64,000 bases of DNA from an uncultured Anaerolineales bacterium. Lineage in GTDB: Bacteria > Chloroflexota > Anaerolineae > UBA1429. Made by a program: the position numbers and the translations under genes. Shown here piece after piece: positions 54,072 to 63,595 of this stretch; the first letter of the stretch is position 1; each line of letters begins with the position of its first letter. The stretch is from contig CAYZWT010000023.1 of the NCBI GenBank assembly GCA_964482225.1, positions 113-64,112 of the forward strand, read 5' to 3'. Below the pieces are notes generated by a model. The model searched no databases. It was given only the letters and a program-made list of their open reading frames with translations, and had not been told where the DNA came from.

Positions 54072-54356
54072 ATGATCGTCGGTTTGCTGACCATCGAGCT
54101 TCAGGTGCCCGAGAGCGGTTCGCTCAAACACAAGCGCCAGGTGGTGCGCTCGCTGGTGGACCGCATCCGCCAGGGGTTCAATGTCTCTGTGGCCGAGGTG
54201 GATCACCTGGATAGCTGGCAACTGGCGACCCTGGCGGTGGCCTGCGTCTCGGGCGACGTGAGCGTGGCCCAACAGGTGATGCAGCGCGTGGTGGATTTCG
54301 TCGAGGGCCAGCGGCTGGACTTGGTGCTGCTTGATTACCAGACCGAGCTGCTATAG
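54072..54356 (+). CDS. DUF503-family protein
   Basis: MIVGLLTIELQVPESGSLKHKRQVVRSLVDRIRQGFNVSVAEVD is typical DUF503. Confidence 0.55.
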   Translation: MIVGLLTIELQVPESGSLKHKRQVVRSLVDRIRQGFNVSVAEVDHLDSWQLATLAVACVSGDVSVAQQVMQRVVDFVEGQRLDLVLLDYQTELL

Positions 54357-54391
54357 GATGCAGGCGTGTCCGCACCCAAAAGGAGGGGAGC

Positions 54392-54679
54392 GTGTTCTAC
54401 GATGTGGTCGCCATAGCCAGAGATTGGTCGCTCATCCTGTTGGTGTTGGAGGGAATGCTGCTCTGCGCGCTGCCGCTGGTGATCCTGTTGCAGGTGACCA
54501 AGTGGCTGCGCGGGTTCCTGCCGCGCGTTCGGCCCGCCCTCAAGAACGCGCACGCGTCAGTGGTGAGGGTCTCGATGGGCATTGATCGGGCACTGGCCGC
54601 CATGCGCGCTCCTATCCTCTGGGCCGAGGGCCTGCGGGCCAGGGTGCGCGGCATTTATCGCGTCTGGAAGCGCGCCTGA
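54392..54679 (+). CDS. Small membrane protein, hypothetical
   Basis: 95-aa ORF with one or two TM segments. Confidence 0.3.
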   Translation: MFYDVVAIARDWSLILLVLEGMLLCALPLVILLQVTKWLRGFLPRVRPALKNAHASVVRVSMGIDRALAAMRAPILWAEGLRARVRGIYRVWKRA

Positions 54680-54696
54680 GGCGCAGGAGGTGTAAT

Positions 54697-54903
54697 GTGC
54701 AAAAGAGCATGCGCTTTGTGATCGCCGGTGTGGCGCTGGGGGCTATCCTGGGCGCCGTAGTGGCCCTGGTTGTTGCCCGGGTTGCGCAGCCTGACCAGGA
54801 TGGGGAACCCCAGGAGCCGCTGCCCGAGCTGGGGGCGTCGCGCATCGCCCGCCTAGGGCTGCTGGTGCTGGGCGCCGTGCGCGAGATCCTGTCCATCACC
54901 TAG
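54697..54903 (+). CDS. Small membrane protein, hypothetical
   Basis: 68-aa ORF with one TM segment. Confidence 0.3.
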   Translation: MQKSMRFVIAGVALGAILGAVVALVVARVAQPDQDGEPQEPLPELGASRIARLGLLVLGAVREILSIT

Positions 54904-54944
54904 CCTTGTCCGGCAGAGACTGGACCAGCCGCGCAGAGAGCGAG

Positions 54945-54985
54945 ATAGGCCAGAGACGGCCTGACCGCGAGGCGTCTCTGGCTCT
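54945..54985 (+). terminator. Terminator-like hairpin (gccagagacg...cgtctctggc + TCTTTG)
   Basis: 10-bp stem followed by a T-rich tract after the small membrane-protein genes. Confidence 0.45.
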
Positions 54986-55248
54986 TTGCGAGAGAGCGTC
55001 CTCAGAAGCCGCGAGGCAGGTGACCCTTTGCGAGAATCGTCTCTCAGCGTTGTGATGATGAGGCACACACCGCGCACGAGGATGCCTACAGATGGGATTT
55101 AGCAGGGGCACGATAGCGAGGATAGTTGCGCTGCTGGAGGCCGACATAAGGGCCTGGGTCGAGAGTCACCCAAAGGCCACAGAGGCGGATCTGGAGGCCG
55201 AGTTGCAGGAAGGGATGCAGCGCCTGGGGGCTGCTTGTCTCGGGCAAC

Positions 55249-55277
55249 TTGGACACGTCCCCGCGCGGGGCTATAAT
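55249..55277 (+). promoter_or_regulatory. Near-consensus promoter TTGGAC-17-TATAAT with the CCCCGCGCGGGG palindrome in the spacer
   Basis: Seen directly; it lies inside the N-terminal part of the ORF-track call 55092..56177, which argues that the true start is the GTG at 55317. Confidence 0.5.
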
Positions 55278-55316
55278 GGGCTGTCAAATTGCCATCGTGC
55301 AGTGCAGGAGGAAATC

Positions 55317-56177
55317 GTGTATCGCATTCTTGCCAAGCAGGCGCACACGCCTGTTACCACCGAGTATCTGATCGAGGCGCCCGAGGTAGCGCAAAAGGCG
55401 CAAGCGGGGCAATTCGTCGTCTTGCGGGTGCACGCCCAGGGCGAGCGCATCCCCCTCACCATCGCCGACTATGACCGGGAGGCGGGCACCATCACCGTGG
55501 TGGCCCAAGAGATCGGGCGTTCGACCCTGATGCTCAAGGACCTGGCCGTGGGCGATAGCCTGGCCAGCTTTACCGGCCCGCTGGGCCGCCCCACCGAGAT
55601 CGAAAACTATGGCACCGTGGTGTTGGTGGGCGGCGGCCTGGGCATCGCGCCCATTTACCCCATCTGCCGCACCCTGCGCGAGGCGGGCAACCACGTGATC
55701 GCCATCATCGGGGCGCGCAACGCCGAGTTGCTCTTTTGGGAGGACAAGATGCGCGCCGTCACCGACGAGCTGATCGTCGTGACCGACGATGGCAGCTATG
55801 CCCGCAAGGCCCTGGTGACCGAGCCCCTCAAGGAGCTGCTGGCATCCGATCGCCAGATCGCCCGCGTGTGGGGCATCGGCCCGGCGATTATGATGAAGTT
55901 CATCACCCTCACCACCAAGCCCTTTGGCGTGCCCACCATCGTGAGCCTGAACTCGATCATGGTGGATGGCACAGGCATGTGCGGCGCCTGCCGGGTGTCT
56001 GTCGGCGGGCGCACCTATTTCGCTTGCGTGGATGGCCCCGAGTTCGACGGGCATCAGGTGGATTGGGACCTCTTGCTCAGCCGCCAACGTTTCTACATCG
56101 AAGAAGAGCGCAAGGCGCTGGAGCTGTACCAGCAAGCAGCCCAGCAGACCCAGCCGCAGGAGACCAGCCGATCATGA
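55317..56177 (+). CDS. nfnA: NfnA/SudB/PyrK-like FAD + [2Fe-2S] ferredoxin-NADP reductase-type small subunit
   Basis: RBS AGGAGGAAATC, then GTG. FAD/NAD-binding fold; C-terminal MCGACRV...C cluster motif. Confidence 0.7.
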   Translation: MYRILAKQAHTPVTTEYLIEAPEVAQKAQAGQFVVLRVHAQGERIPLTIADYDREAGTITVVAQEIGRSTLMLKDLAVGDSLASFTGPLGRPTEIENYGTVVLVGGGLGIAPIYPICRTLREAGNHVIAIIGARNAELLFWEDKMRAVTDELIVVTDDGSYARKALVTEPLKELLASDRQIARVWGIGPAIMMKFITLTTKPFGVPTIVSLNSIMVDGTGMCGACRVSVGGRTYFACVDGPEFDGHQVDWDLLLSRQRFYIEEERKALELYQQAAQQTQPQETSRS

Positions 56178-57613
56178 CCAACCGCAGGCCCAACCAGACG
56201 CCCCGCCAGCCCATGCCGGCCCAAGAGCCGCAAGCGCGCGCCCACAATTTCGACGAGGTGGCCCTGGGCTATACCATCGAAATGGCCGTGGCCGAGGCCC
56301 ACCGCTGCCTGCAATGCCGCCTGCCGCGTTGCGTGGCCGGGTGCCCCGTGCAGGTACGCATCCCCGAGTTTGTCCGCGCCTTGCGCGATGGCGATATGTG
56401 GCAAGCGGTCGAGTATCTCAAGGACAAGAACAGCCTGCCCGCCATCTGCGGCCGGGTCTGCCCGCAAGAGAGCCAATGCGAGGCCGAGTGCATCGTGGGC
56501 CTGCGGGGCGAGCCGGTGGCCATCGGGCGCCTGGAGCGTTTTGTGGCCGATTGGGAGCAGCAGCAGGGCATTCGCGCCCCGGAGCAGGCGGCGCCCCGCC
56601 CGGAGCGCATCGCCGTCATCGGTTCCGGGCCCGCTAGCTTGACCGCCGCGGGCGACCTGGCCAAGCAAGGCTACCAGGTCGAGATCCTGGAGGCGCTGCA
56701 CGAGCCGGGCGGCGTCCTGGTGTATGGCATCCCCGAGTTTCGCCTGCCCAAGGCCGTGGTGGCCGCCGAGATTGACTATCTGCGCAAGCTGGGCGTTACC
56801 ATCCGCCTGAATATCGTGGTTGGCAAGCTTTATTCGCTGCGCGAACTGTTGCAGGACTATGACGCCGTGTTCCTGGGGACGGGTGCGGGCCTGCCGATGA
56901 TGATGAACATCCCCGGCGAGAACCTGAACGGGGTCTATAGCGCCAACGAACTGCTCACCCGCGTCAACCTGATGAAGGCGTTCCAGTTCCCCGTGTGGGA
57001 TACACCGGTGCGGGTGGGTGCCAAGGTGGCGGTGGTGGGCGCGGGCAACGTCGCAATGGATGCGGCGCGCAGCTCGCTGCGCCTGGGCGCCCAGGAGGTG
57101 CACATCGTCTATCGCCGCTCCCGCGACGAGGTGCCCGCCCGCCTGGAAGAGGTCGAGCACGCCGAGGAAGAGGGTATCATTTTCGATTTCCTCACCAACC
57201 CCATCGAGGTGCAGGGGAATGAGCAGGGCGTGGTGACCGGGCTGCGCTGCATTCGCATGGAGCTGGGCGAGCCCGACGCCAGCGGCCGCCGCAGCCCCAT
57301 CCCCGTGGATGGCTCAGAGTTCGATATGGCGATGGATACGGTGGTGATGGCCCTGGGCACGCGCCCCAATCCCCTGGTGTTCAGCGAGGCAGAGGGCTTG
57401 GAGCGCTCGCGGCGGGGCACCGTTGTGGCGGATGCGGCCACGGGGCGCACGACGCTGGAGCGGGTCTGGGCCGGGGGCGACATTGTCACCGGCGCGGCCA
57501 CGGTGATCAGCGCCATGGGCGCGGGGCGGGTGGCCGCCAACGATATGGCCGCCTACTTGCAGGGCGGTGCCCAGGAGCCCTGGCAAAAGGAGCACGCCCC
57601 GGCCTCGGCCTGA
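56174..57613 (+). CDS. nfnB: NfnB/SudA/GltD-like NADPH-dependent oxidoreductase large subunit (2x[4Fe-4S] + FAD + NADPH)
   Basis: CLQCRLPRCVAGCPV...CGRVCPQESQCEAEC; GSGPASL; VVGAGNVAMD. ATG overlaps the nfnA stop. Confidence 0.8.
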   Translation: MTNRRPNQTPRQPMPAQEPQARAHNFDEVALGYTIEMAVAEAHRCLQCRLPRCVAGCPVQVRIPEFVRALRDGDMWQAVEYLKDKNSLPAICGRVCPQESQCEAECIVGLRGEPVAIGRLERFVADWEQQQGIRAPEQAAPRPERIAVIGSGPASLTAAGDLAKQGYQVEILEALHEPGGVLVYGIPEFRLPKAVVAAEIDYLRKLGVTIRLNIVVGKLYSLRELLQDYDAVFLGTGAGLPMMMNIPGENLNGVYSANELLTRVNLMKAFQFPVWDTPVRVGAKVAVVGAGNVAMDAARSSLRLGAQEVHIVYRRSRDEVPARLEEVEHAEEEGIIFDFLTNPIEVQGNEQGVVTGLRCIRMELGEPDASGRRSPIPVDGSEFDMAMDTVVMALGTRPNPLVFSEAEGLERSRRGTVVADAATGRTTLERVWAGGDIVTGAATVISAMGAGRVAANDMAAYLQGGAQEPWQKEHAPASA

Positions 57614-57701
57614 GCCGGGCGAGCGACGAGCGCGGGATGGCCTGGCCAGGGACGCCCCGCGCTCTTGTGTTTGTGGGCCAAGTTAGCGCGGAGGTAGAGA
57701 G

Positions 57702-58823
57702 ATGGGCATCTCGCTGGGCTTGGTAGGGCTGGGGCAGTTTGGCCGTGAGTTCGTGGGTCTCTTTGGCAAGCACCCAGAGGTCTCGCGCATGGCGATCTGC
57801 GATGTGCGGGCCGACCGGGTGGCGGCTGTGGCCCGCGAGCACGGCATCGCCGAGTGCTACGCCAGCCTGGACGAGATGTGCCGCTCCGATCTGGACGCTA
57901 TCGCCATCGTCACCCAGCCCTGGCTGCACGCCGAGCAGGCCATGCAGGCGCTGGAGGCGGGCAAGCACGTCTATAGCGCCGTGCCCACCACCTACGGCCC
58001 CGATGGCAACGCCCTGCTGGAGCAGTGCGACCGCCTTGTGGAGACGGTGCGGCGCACAGGCCAGATCTATATGCTGGGCGAGACGACCTACTTTCGGCGC
58101 GAAACCATGTTCTGCCGCCAACGAGCCGCCCAGGGCGCTTTTGGCCCACTAACATACGGCGAGTGCGAGTATTGGCACGACACGGACAGCCCCACCTCGA
58201 ACCTGCGGGAGGTGTGGCGCAACCGTTGGGGCGAGCAGTGGAGCGCCGACAAGCGCGGCTGCATCCCCATGCACTATCCCACCCACGCCACCGCCAGCAT
58301 GGTCTCCATCATGCAGGCCCACGCGCTGTCGGTCTCGGCCCTGGGCTACCGCATGCCGGGGGATGACTGGTATGCCGAGGATGGCTACTGGGGCAACCCC
58401 TATGGCAACGAGGTGGCGCTGTACCGCATGAGCAACGGCGCCATCGTGCGCCACTGCGAGTTCCGCCGCATCGGGCACCCGGAGCGCGAGAGCTTTCGCC
58501 TCTTTGGAACGGAGGCATCCTTCATCAGTGATCCCTCCGGGGCGCGCTGGACCACCCGCCAGGGCTGGGAGCCGCTGGACCTGAGCGACGTGCGCGAGCC
58601 GCTGCCCGCGCCCCTGGCCGACGACCTGGGGGGGCATGGCGGCTCGCATGCCTACCTGGTGCACGAGTTCGTCAATGCCTGCGCCCGCCGGCGGCTGCCC
58701 CGCATCCATGTGTGGGAGGCGGTGCGCTATCTGGCGCCCGGCATCGTGGCCCACCAATCGGCCTTGCGGGATGGCGAGCCCTTGCCGGTGCCTGATTGGG
58801 GCGACCCGCCGGCGGGGTGGTAA
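57702..58823 (+). CDS. Gfo/Idh/MocA-family NAD(P)-dependent oxidoreductase
   Basis: GLVGLGQFGREF Rossmann N-terminus and a C-terminal alpha/beta dimerisation domain. Confidence 0.8.
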   Translation: MGISLGLVGLGQFGREFVGLFGKHPEVSRMAICDVRADRVAAVAREHGIAECYASLDEMCRSDLDAIAIVTQPWLHAEQAMQALEAGKHVYSAVPTTYGPDGNALLEQCDRLVETVRRTGQIYMLGETTYFRRETMFCRQRAAQGAFGPLTYGECEYWHDTDSPTSNLREVWRNRWGEQWSADKRGCIPMHYPTHATASMVSIMQAHALSVSALGYRMPGDDWYAEDGYWGNPYGNEVALYRMSNGAIVRHCEFRRIGHPERESFRLFGTEASFISDPSGARWTTRQGWEPLDLSDVREPLPAPLADDLGGHGGSHAYLVHEFVNACARRRLPRIHVWEAVRYLAPGIVAHQSALRDGEPLPVPDWGDPPAGW

Positions 58824-58827
58824 TGTG

Positions 58828-60003
58828 CTACGTCCCCGGCTCGCGAAAGGCCACCCGCAGCTCTTGGCCCTCGACGGCGGCCCAGGCGGGCTCTAGCGTG
58901 GCCAGCACCTGCGGCAAGATCAGCGAGCGCCGAAAGCGCCCCAGGCGCACGTGCAACTCGTTGCCGTCCTTCTCCAGCTCGACGGCCCCCGCCTCGACGC
59001 CCGCCAGCCGCAGCGAAAGGATATAGTGGCCGTTCTCCGTGGAAAAGCGCAGCGGCTGCTCCTCTGAAAGGGGGGCGACAGGATCCAGCGCGCCATACAG
59101 CCCCCGGGCCAGCTCGGCCAGGGCCTCGACGCCCACCACCTCGCGACGCATGAGCGCCACCTGGAACACCGGCAGGGGCGCAAAGGTCTCGGCCACCCGG
59201 TCCAGGTGCCCCGCCTGGTCGGCCTTCCAGTGCTCGAAAAAGGGGTCCTGAATCTCGGTGGGCAGGACGCGGTTGACGAAAATGGCGTCCACCGAGAGGC
59301 CGAACAGGCTCATGTAGGTAAAAGCCCGCTGGGTCTCTTGCACCGAGAGGTGGTCGGGATTGAGCACCAGCCGCACAGAGGTCTGGCGGGCGTCCGTCAG
59401 GATCTCCCGCAGGCGCTTGACCTCGTCAAAGAGTTGCTGGATCTGGCTTTGGATCAGCGCCTCGCTCAGGGGCAGCTTGATGGCCTTTTGCACCGTGGGC
59501 AACAGGAGGCGCGTGAGCCCGGAGGAGAGGCCCGCCAGGTGGCGCGCATACCAGCGTTGCAGGTCGGGCGCCCCCAGCAGGCGCATGGCGGCGCCGGTGG
59601 GGGCGCTGTCAATGATCAGCGCGTCATAGGCGCCGTCCTCGACATAACGCTTGATGCGCACCAGGGCCAGGATCTCGTCCAGTCCGGGCAGGATGGCCAG
59701 CTCGCCCGCCACGGGCGCCTGCACCCCCTGCTTGACCAACGCCTCGGCGATGCGCCGCTTGACGTTGCCCCAGTAGCGCTCCAACTCCTCGCCCGTGTCC
59801 AGCTCGGCGGCCCACAAACGAGGCGGCCCCACCGGTTGGGGCTCGTTGGTCAGGGACTGGCCCAGGGCATCGGCCAGACTGTGGGCGATGTCGGTGCTGA
59901 TGGCCAGGGTGCGATGGCCCAACTCGGCGCTGCGCAGGGCCGTCGCCGCCGAGAGGGTGGTCTTGCCGACCCCGCCCTTGCCGGTATACAGGATGATACG
60001 CAC
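58828..60003 (-). CDS. ArsA/Get3-family anion-transporting/targeting ATPase homologue
   Basis: GKGGVGKTT deviant Walker A; DTAPTG-like; overall ArsA half-domain architecture. Confidence 0.8.
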   Translation of the reverse strand: MRIILYTGKGGVGKTTLSAATALRSAELGHRTLAISTDIAHSLADALGQSLTNEPQPVGPPRLWAAELDTGEELERYWGNVKRRIAEALVKQGVQAPVAGELAILPGLDEILALVRIKRYVEDGAYDALIIDSAPTGAAMRLLGAPDLQRWYARHLAGLSSGLTRLLLPTVQKAIKLPLSEALIQSQIQQLFDEVKRLREILTDARQTSVRLVLNPDHLSVQETQRAFTYMSLFGLSVDAIFVNRVLPTEIQDPFFEHWKADQAGHLDRVAETFAPLPVFQVALMRREVVGVEALAELARGLYGALDPVAPLSEEQPLRFSTENGHYILSLRLAGVEAGAVELEKDGNELHVRLGRFRRSLILPQVLATLEPAWAAVEGQELRVAFREPGT

Positions 60004-60005
60004 GG

Positions 60006-60497
60006 TCAGGCTGAGGTCAGCCGCGCAGCCAGAGCCTCTAGCACGGCGGCGCGCTGCAGGTGCGCCGCCTCATAGTCGCGCACCAAGACCAGTTGCTCCT
60101 GAGAGAGCCCCTCCAGCCGCGCGATGATCTCGTCGCTGCCCAGCACACTGTATCCGGCAATGGGTAGCACCGGGATATGATGGGAGAGGGGCTTGTCGGC
60201 GGGCTTGGCCTTTTTCGAGACCAGCCCGATCAGGGCGCGGGTGACAGGGCCAGGGTGCTCGGCGGCCTCTTCGCCGGCGCGGTGAGCCGCCCGCATGGTG
60301 TTCACCAGGGCGCGGCCGGCCAGCAAGGTGAGCCCGATGCCGGTAAGCACCACATCCTCGGCGGCGCGGCGCAGCGGCTCGGCGTTCACCTTGGGCAGGG
60401 CGATCTCCTGGCGGCGGGGCAGGTGCAGCTCGAACTCGACCACGCGCCCGGCCTCTTCTGACTGGGGGTTCTGCAACGTCATCTCGTGGCTATCCAT
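60006..60497 (-). CDS. Hypothetical protein immediately upstream of, and co-directional with, the ArsA-like ATPase
   Basis: 164 aa with a central hydrophobic segment VVLTGIGLTLLAGRAL; no family recognised. Confidence 0.4.
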   Translation of the reverse strand: MDSHEMTLQNPQSEEAGRVVEFELHLPRRQEIALPKVNAEPLRRAAEDVVLTGIGLTLLAGRALVNTMRAAHRAGEEAAEHPGPVTRALIGLVSKKAKPADKPLSHHIPVLPIAGYSVLGSDEIIARLEGLSQEQLVLVRDYEAAHLQRAAVLEALAARLTSA

Positions 60498-60569
60498 AGG
60501 TCCTCCTGTGCGCGCCAGGCGCGCTGTACGGCGAACGGAAACGGCCCACATGGGCCGCGATTCTGATGA

Positions 60570-61280
60570 CTATACGTCGTCCAAAGCCGAGGGTTGCAGT
60601 GGGGGCCGTTGTTGCGGCGTGCGGCCATTCGAGGGGCAGCGCTCCGCCAGGGGACACCCGGGGCAGGCGGGTTTCTTGAGGCAGTGCTCTTTGCAGTGCT
60701 GCACGATCAGGGCGTGATACTCGTTGTAGCGGGCCGTATCGGGGGGCATCTGCCCGGTGAACCAGCCCTGCACCTGAGCATAGGGCGCCCGCTCGGCCCA
60801 GGCATGGCCCAGGCGCGCCAGCAAGCGCCGCGTATAGCTGTCCACGACGAAAAAGGGCTTGTCCAGGGCGTAGAGCAGGATGCTATCGGCGGTCTCGGGG
60901 CCCACGCCGGGCACGGCCAGCAGTTCGGCGCGCAGTGGCTCCCCTGGCAGGGCCGCCGCCCCCGCGATGCCGCCGCGCTCCCGCAGAAAGGCCAGCACAT
61001 GGCGCAGCCGCTCGTACTTGATGTTATAGAACCCGGAGGAGCGGATGGCGTCCTTGAGCTCGCCCTCCGGCGCGGCCAGCAGCGCCTCCAGCTCCAGCAG
61101 TCGCCGCGCCCTGAGCTGCTCGATGGCGAGGGCGACGTTGCGCCAGGCGGTGTTCTGCGTCAACACCGCGCCCACCACCACCTCCAGGGGCGTCTCGGCG
61201 GGCCACCAGTCTTGCGGGCCATAGGCGGCCAAGAGGCGTTGGTATAGATCGTGGGCGTTCAGCGGGACGGTTGCTGGCAT
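60570..61280 (-). CDS. Endonuclease III-like HhH-GPD protein (EndoIII-related), [4Fe-4S] cluster loop present
   Basis: LLAVPGVGPETADSILLY (HhH-GPD); C-terminal CLKKPACPGCPLAERC. Confidence 0.7.
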   Translation of the reverse strand: MPATVPLNAHDLYQRLLAAYGPQDWWPAETPLEVVVGAVLTQNTAWRNVALAIEQLRARRLLELEALLAAPEGELKDAIRSSGFYNIKYERLRHVLAFLRERGGIAGAAALPGEPLRAELLAVPGVGPETADSILLYALDKPFFVVDSYTRRLLARLGHAWAERAPYAQVQGWFTGQMPPDTARYNEYHALIVQHCKEHCLKKPACPGCPLAERCPSNGRTPQQRPPLQPSALDDV

Positions 61281-61385
61281 GATAGGGTCTCCGGGAATGG
61301 TTGCACAAGGTGTAGCTAGAGACGAATCTGGCCCGCACTTTCTTTTCTGCGATCTCTGCGCGAGCCTGTCTCCTCGCGGCTGCCA

Positions 61386-62183
61386 TCAGGGCGCCAGCCA
61401 CTCTTGGGCCAGGTGCTCTAGCATGCCGTCGGCCTGCCACGCGGCCAGCGCCGCGTCCACCTCGCCCAGCAGGCGGGGGGCCTCCGGGCGCACGGCGATC
61501 ACAAAGGGCTCATCGGTCAATGGCTCGCCCGCCACGCGCAGCGGGTAGGCGGCCAGTAAGGCCAGAGCGCTCACCCTGTCGCAGATTAGCGCATCGGCCT
61601 CACCGGCCACCAGGGTGCGCGCTGCCTCGTCCAACTCGCGAAAGGGCGTCACCTCCCAGGCCAAGGCGCGGTCGCGATCCAGGCTGCGGGCCAGTTGGTG
61701 GCCTGTGGCGCCCAGCTCGACTGCCACGGTCCCGCCGCGCAGGTCAGCGGGCGAGGCCGTGGTCTCGTCCGCCGTGGGCACCAGCAGCACCTGCCCGGCG
61801 GCAAAGTAAGCCTGCGAGTAGCGCACGTCGCGGGTGAGCATCCGGTCGTAGGGCAGGGCCGAGAGCAGCAGATCCACCCGACCGGTATAGAGGGCGTCGT
61901 ACAGGCCGTCAAAGTGGATATTGATGAACTCGATCTCGACCCCCCAACGCGCGGCCAAGGCGCGCCCCAGGGCCACGTCATAGCCATGGAACGCGCCCGC
62001 CTCGTCCACCCACTCAAAGGGCGGGTAGCTGGCGTCCATGCCCACCCGCAGCGCGCCCCGGGCCTGGATGCGGTCCCAAGTCTCGCGGCGCTGATGGCCC
62101 TGGCGCGTCCAGAGCAGCGCCCCCAGCGCCATCAGCGCCAGGGCCACGGCCCCGCCCCAGAGGAACCTGCGCCGACCTACCAT
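61386..62183 (-). CDS. Periplasmic/extracellular solute-binding protein (SBP_bac_3, polar amino-acid type)
   Basis: LRVGMDASYPPFEW...GYDVAL... family signature; signal/TM anchor. Confidence 0.7.
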   Translation of the reverse strand: MVGRRRFLWGGAVALALMALGALLWTRQGHQRRETWDRIQARGALRVGMDASYPPFEWVDEAGAFHGYDVALGRALAARWGVEIEFINIHFDGLYDALYTGRVDLLLSALPYDRMLTRDVRYSQAYFAAGQVLLVPTADETTASPADLRGGTVAVELGATGHQLARSLDRDRALAWEVTPFRELDEAARTLVAGEADALICDRVSALALLAAYPLRVAGEPLTDEPFVIAVRPEAPRLLGEVDAALAAWQADGMLEHLAQEWLAP

Positions 62184-63322
62184 CAGGGGGCCTCCTCCAG
62201 ATACTCGTAGGGACGCCCGTGGGCATAGTTGGCCAGCTCGGTATAGAGGGGCTTGGGCACGAAATCAGGGGTCACAAAGGCGTAATAGTCCTGGTAGGTG
62301 CGCTGGTCCCAGGGGTAGCGAAAGGCCCACAGCGCCACCGCCTGGCACCAATCCCATTGCTCCAGCGCCAGCTCATAGGCGCCGATGGTGTAAAGAAGCC
62401 GCTGGTAGGGGCGCACCGCCTTGGCCCAGCGCGGATGGTCGTTCCAGCCCCCTTCTGTGATATAGCCGGGCTTGTGGGCGTCGCCGTGGGCGACCATGAT
62501 CTCGCGCAGCAACTCCACCCGGCGAAAGTTGACCTGGTCGCGGGCGGGCGGGTCATCGTGGGGGAGGGCAAAGCCATAGGCATGCATGGCCAGGCCGTCG
62601 AAATAGTCGCCGGCGCCCGCGACGTACATGGCTTCCAGGTAAAGCAGGTCGTCCATGCCCCACTCACTGCCCGGCGGCGCCATGGTGGGAGCCAGCCCGG
62701 CGGCCAGCACGCGCATCTCGGGCGCGGCGGCCTTGATGGCGAGATAGCTCTGGCGCAGCAGTTCGGTGTAGGCCGCCGGATCGGGCAAGCGATAGCCCCA
62801 CTCGAAACTCAGGTTGGGCTCGTTCCAGATGATGATGCCTTCCACGCGCCCCGCAAAGTGGGCCGCAAAGGCGGCCACAAAGCGGGCATAGTCGCCATAG
62901 TGCTCGGGGTCCAGATAGCGAAAGGTGGTCTCGGCGGGGCGCGCCCACTCGGGCACGAAATCAATGCGGGCCAGGACGGTCAGCCCCTGGGCGCGGGCGT
63001 GTTCAATGATCATGTCGGCGCGGCGCCAGTCGTAGCGGCCCGGGCGCGGCTCGTGGTAGGCCCAGGGGAAATACTCGACCACCCAGGGCGCGCCCATCTC
63101 GCGTACCATCTCGAAAGTGCGCTGGATCTTCCACTCTTCCACCTCATCGGTGAGGCGGGTGTGGACGCCCATCTTGGGGTTGCGGGTCTCCACGGCTTGG
63201 GGCGGGCCGATGACCACCAGCCGTTGGGGCGGTGCGCTGAGGCTCCAAGCTGCGGCGAGCAAGAGAGCCGCGCGGCCCAACGCCCGGGCGACCGAAACGA
63301 ACGGCCAGGCCTGTCTTGTCAT
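62183..63322 (-). CDS. Secreted TIM-barrel glycoside hydrolase, GH5-like (cellulase superfamily)
   Basis: Signal peptide; IWNEPN (acid/base NEP motif); ITEGGW (nucleophile Glu). Confidence 0.6.
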   Translation of the reverse strand: MTRQAWPFVSVARALGRAALLLAAAWSLSAPPQRLVVIGPPQAVETRNPKMGVHTRLTDEVEEWKIQRTFEMVREMGAPWVVEYFPWAYHEPRPGRYDWRRADMIIEHARAQGLTVLARIDFVPEWARPAETTFRYLDPEHYGDYARFVAAFAAHFAGRVEGIIIWNEPNLSFEWGYRLPDPAAYTELLRQSYLAIKAAAPEMRVLAAGLAPTMAPPGSEWGMDDLLYLEAMYVAGAGDYFDGLAMHAYGFALPHDDPPARDQVNFRRVELLREIMVAHGDAHKPGYITEGGWNDHPRWAKAVRPYQRLLYTIGAYELALEQWDWCQAVALWAFRYPWDQRTYQDYYAFVTPDFVPKPLYTELANYAHGRPYEYLEEAP

Positions 63323-63354
63323 CTCGCTGCGCTTATGCTAGACTGTGTCACCGC

Positions 63355-63427
63355 GCCCCAGTAGCTCAGAGGATAGAGCAGAGGTTTCCTAAACCTTGTG
63401 TCGGGGGTTCAACTCCCTCCTGGGGTA
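63355..63427 (+). tRNA. tRNA-Arg (anticodon CCU)
   Basis: Manual fold: acceptor GCCCCAG/CTGGGGT; D-arm GCTC...GAGC; anticodon stem GAGGT/ACCTT with loop TTCCTAA; T-arm GGGGG-TTCAACT-CCCTC; discriminator A. Confidence 0.8.
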
Positions 63428-63595
63428 CCTCACCACACCGTCTGGTGGTTTGCCCGCCGAACACAATCACGAGCAAGCATAGCACAGCCGTTCCCCGGCC
63501 CCAAACCCTGCCGCGCCGGGTGGCCGCAACGGCACGCGCCGCGCCCCAACCAGTGTGGAGCGCGGCGCGCTTTGTGCGGCAAGGGGTTCGCTGCG

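Noticed and set aside
55092-55316. N-terminal extension of the ORF-track call 55092..56177
   Set aside because: It contains a near-consensus TTGGAC-17-TATAAT promoter and an AGGAGG RBS immediately before GTG 55317, so the upstream in-frame codons are 5' UTR.
59206-60075. 289-aa + strand ORF
   Set aside because: It is antisense to the ArsA-like ATPase gene. The product is R/G/A-rich with no RBS.
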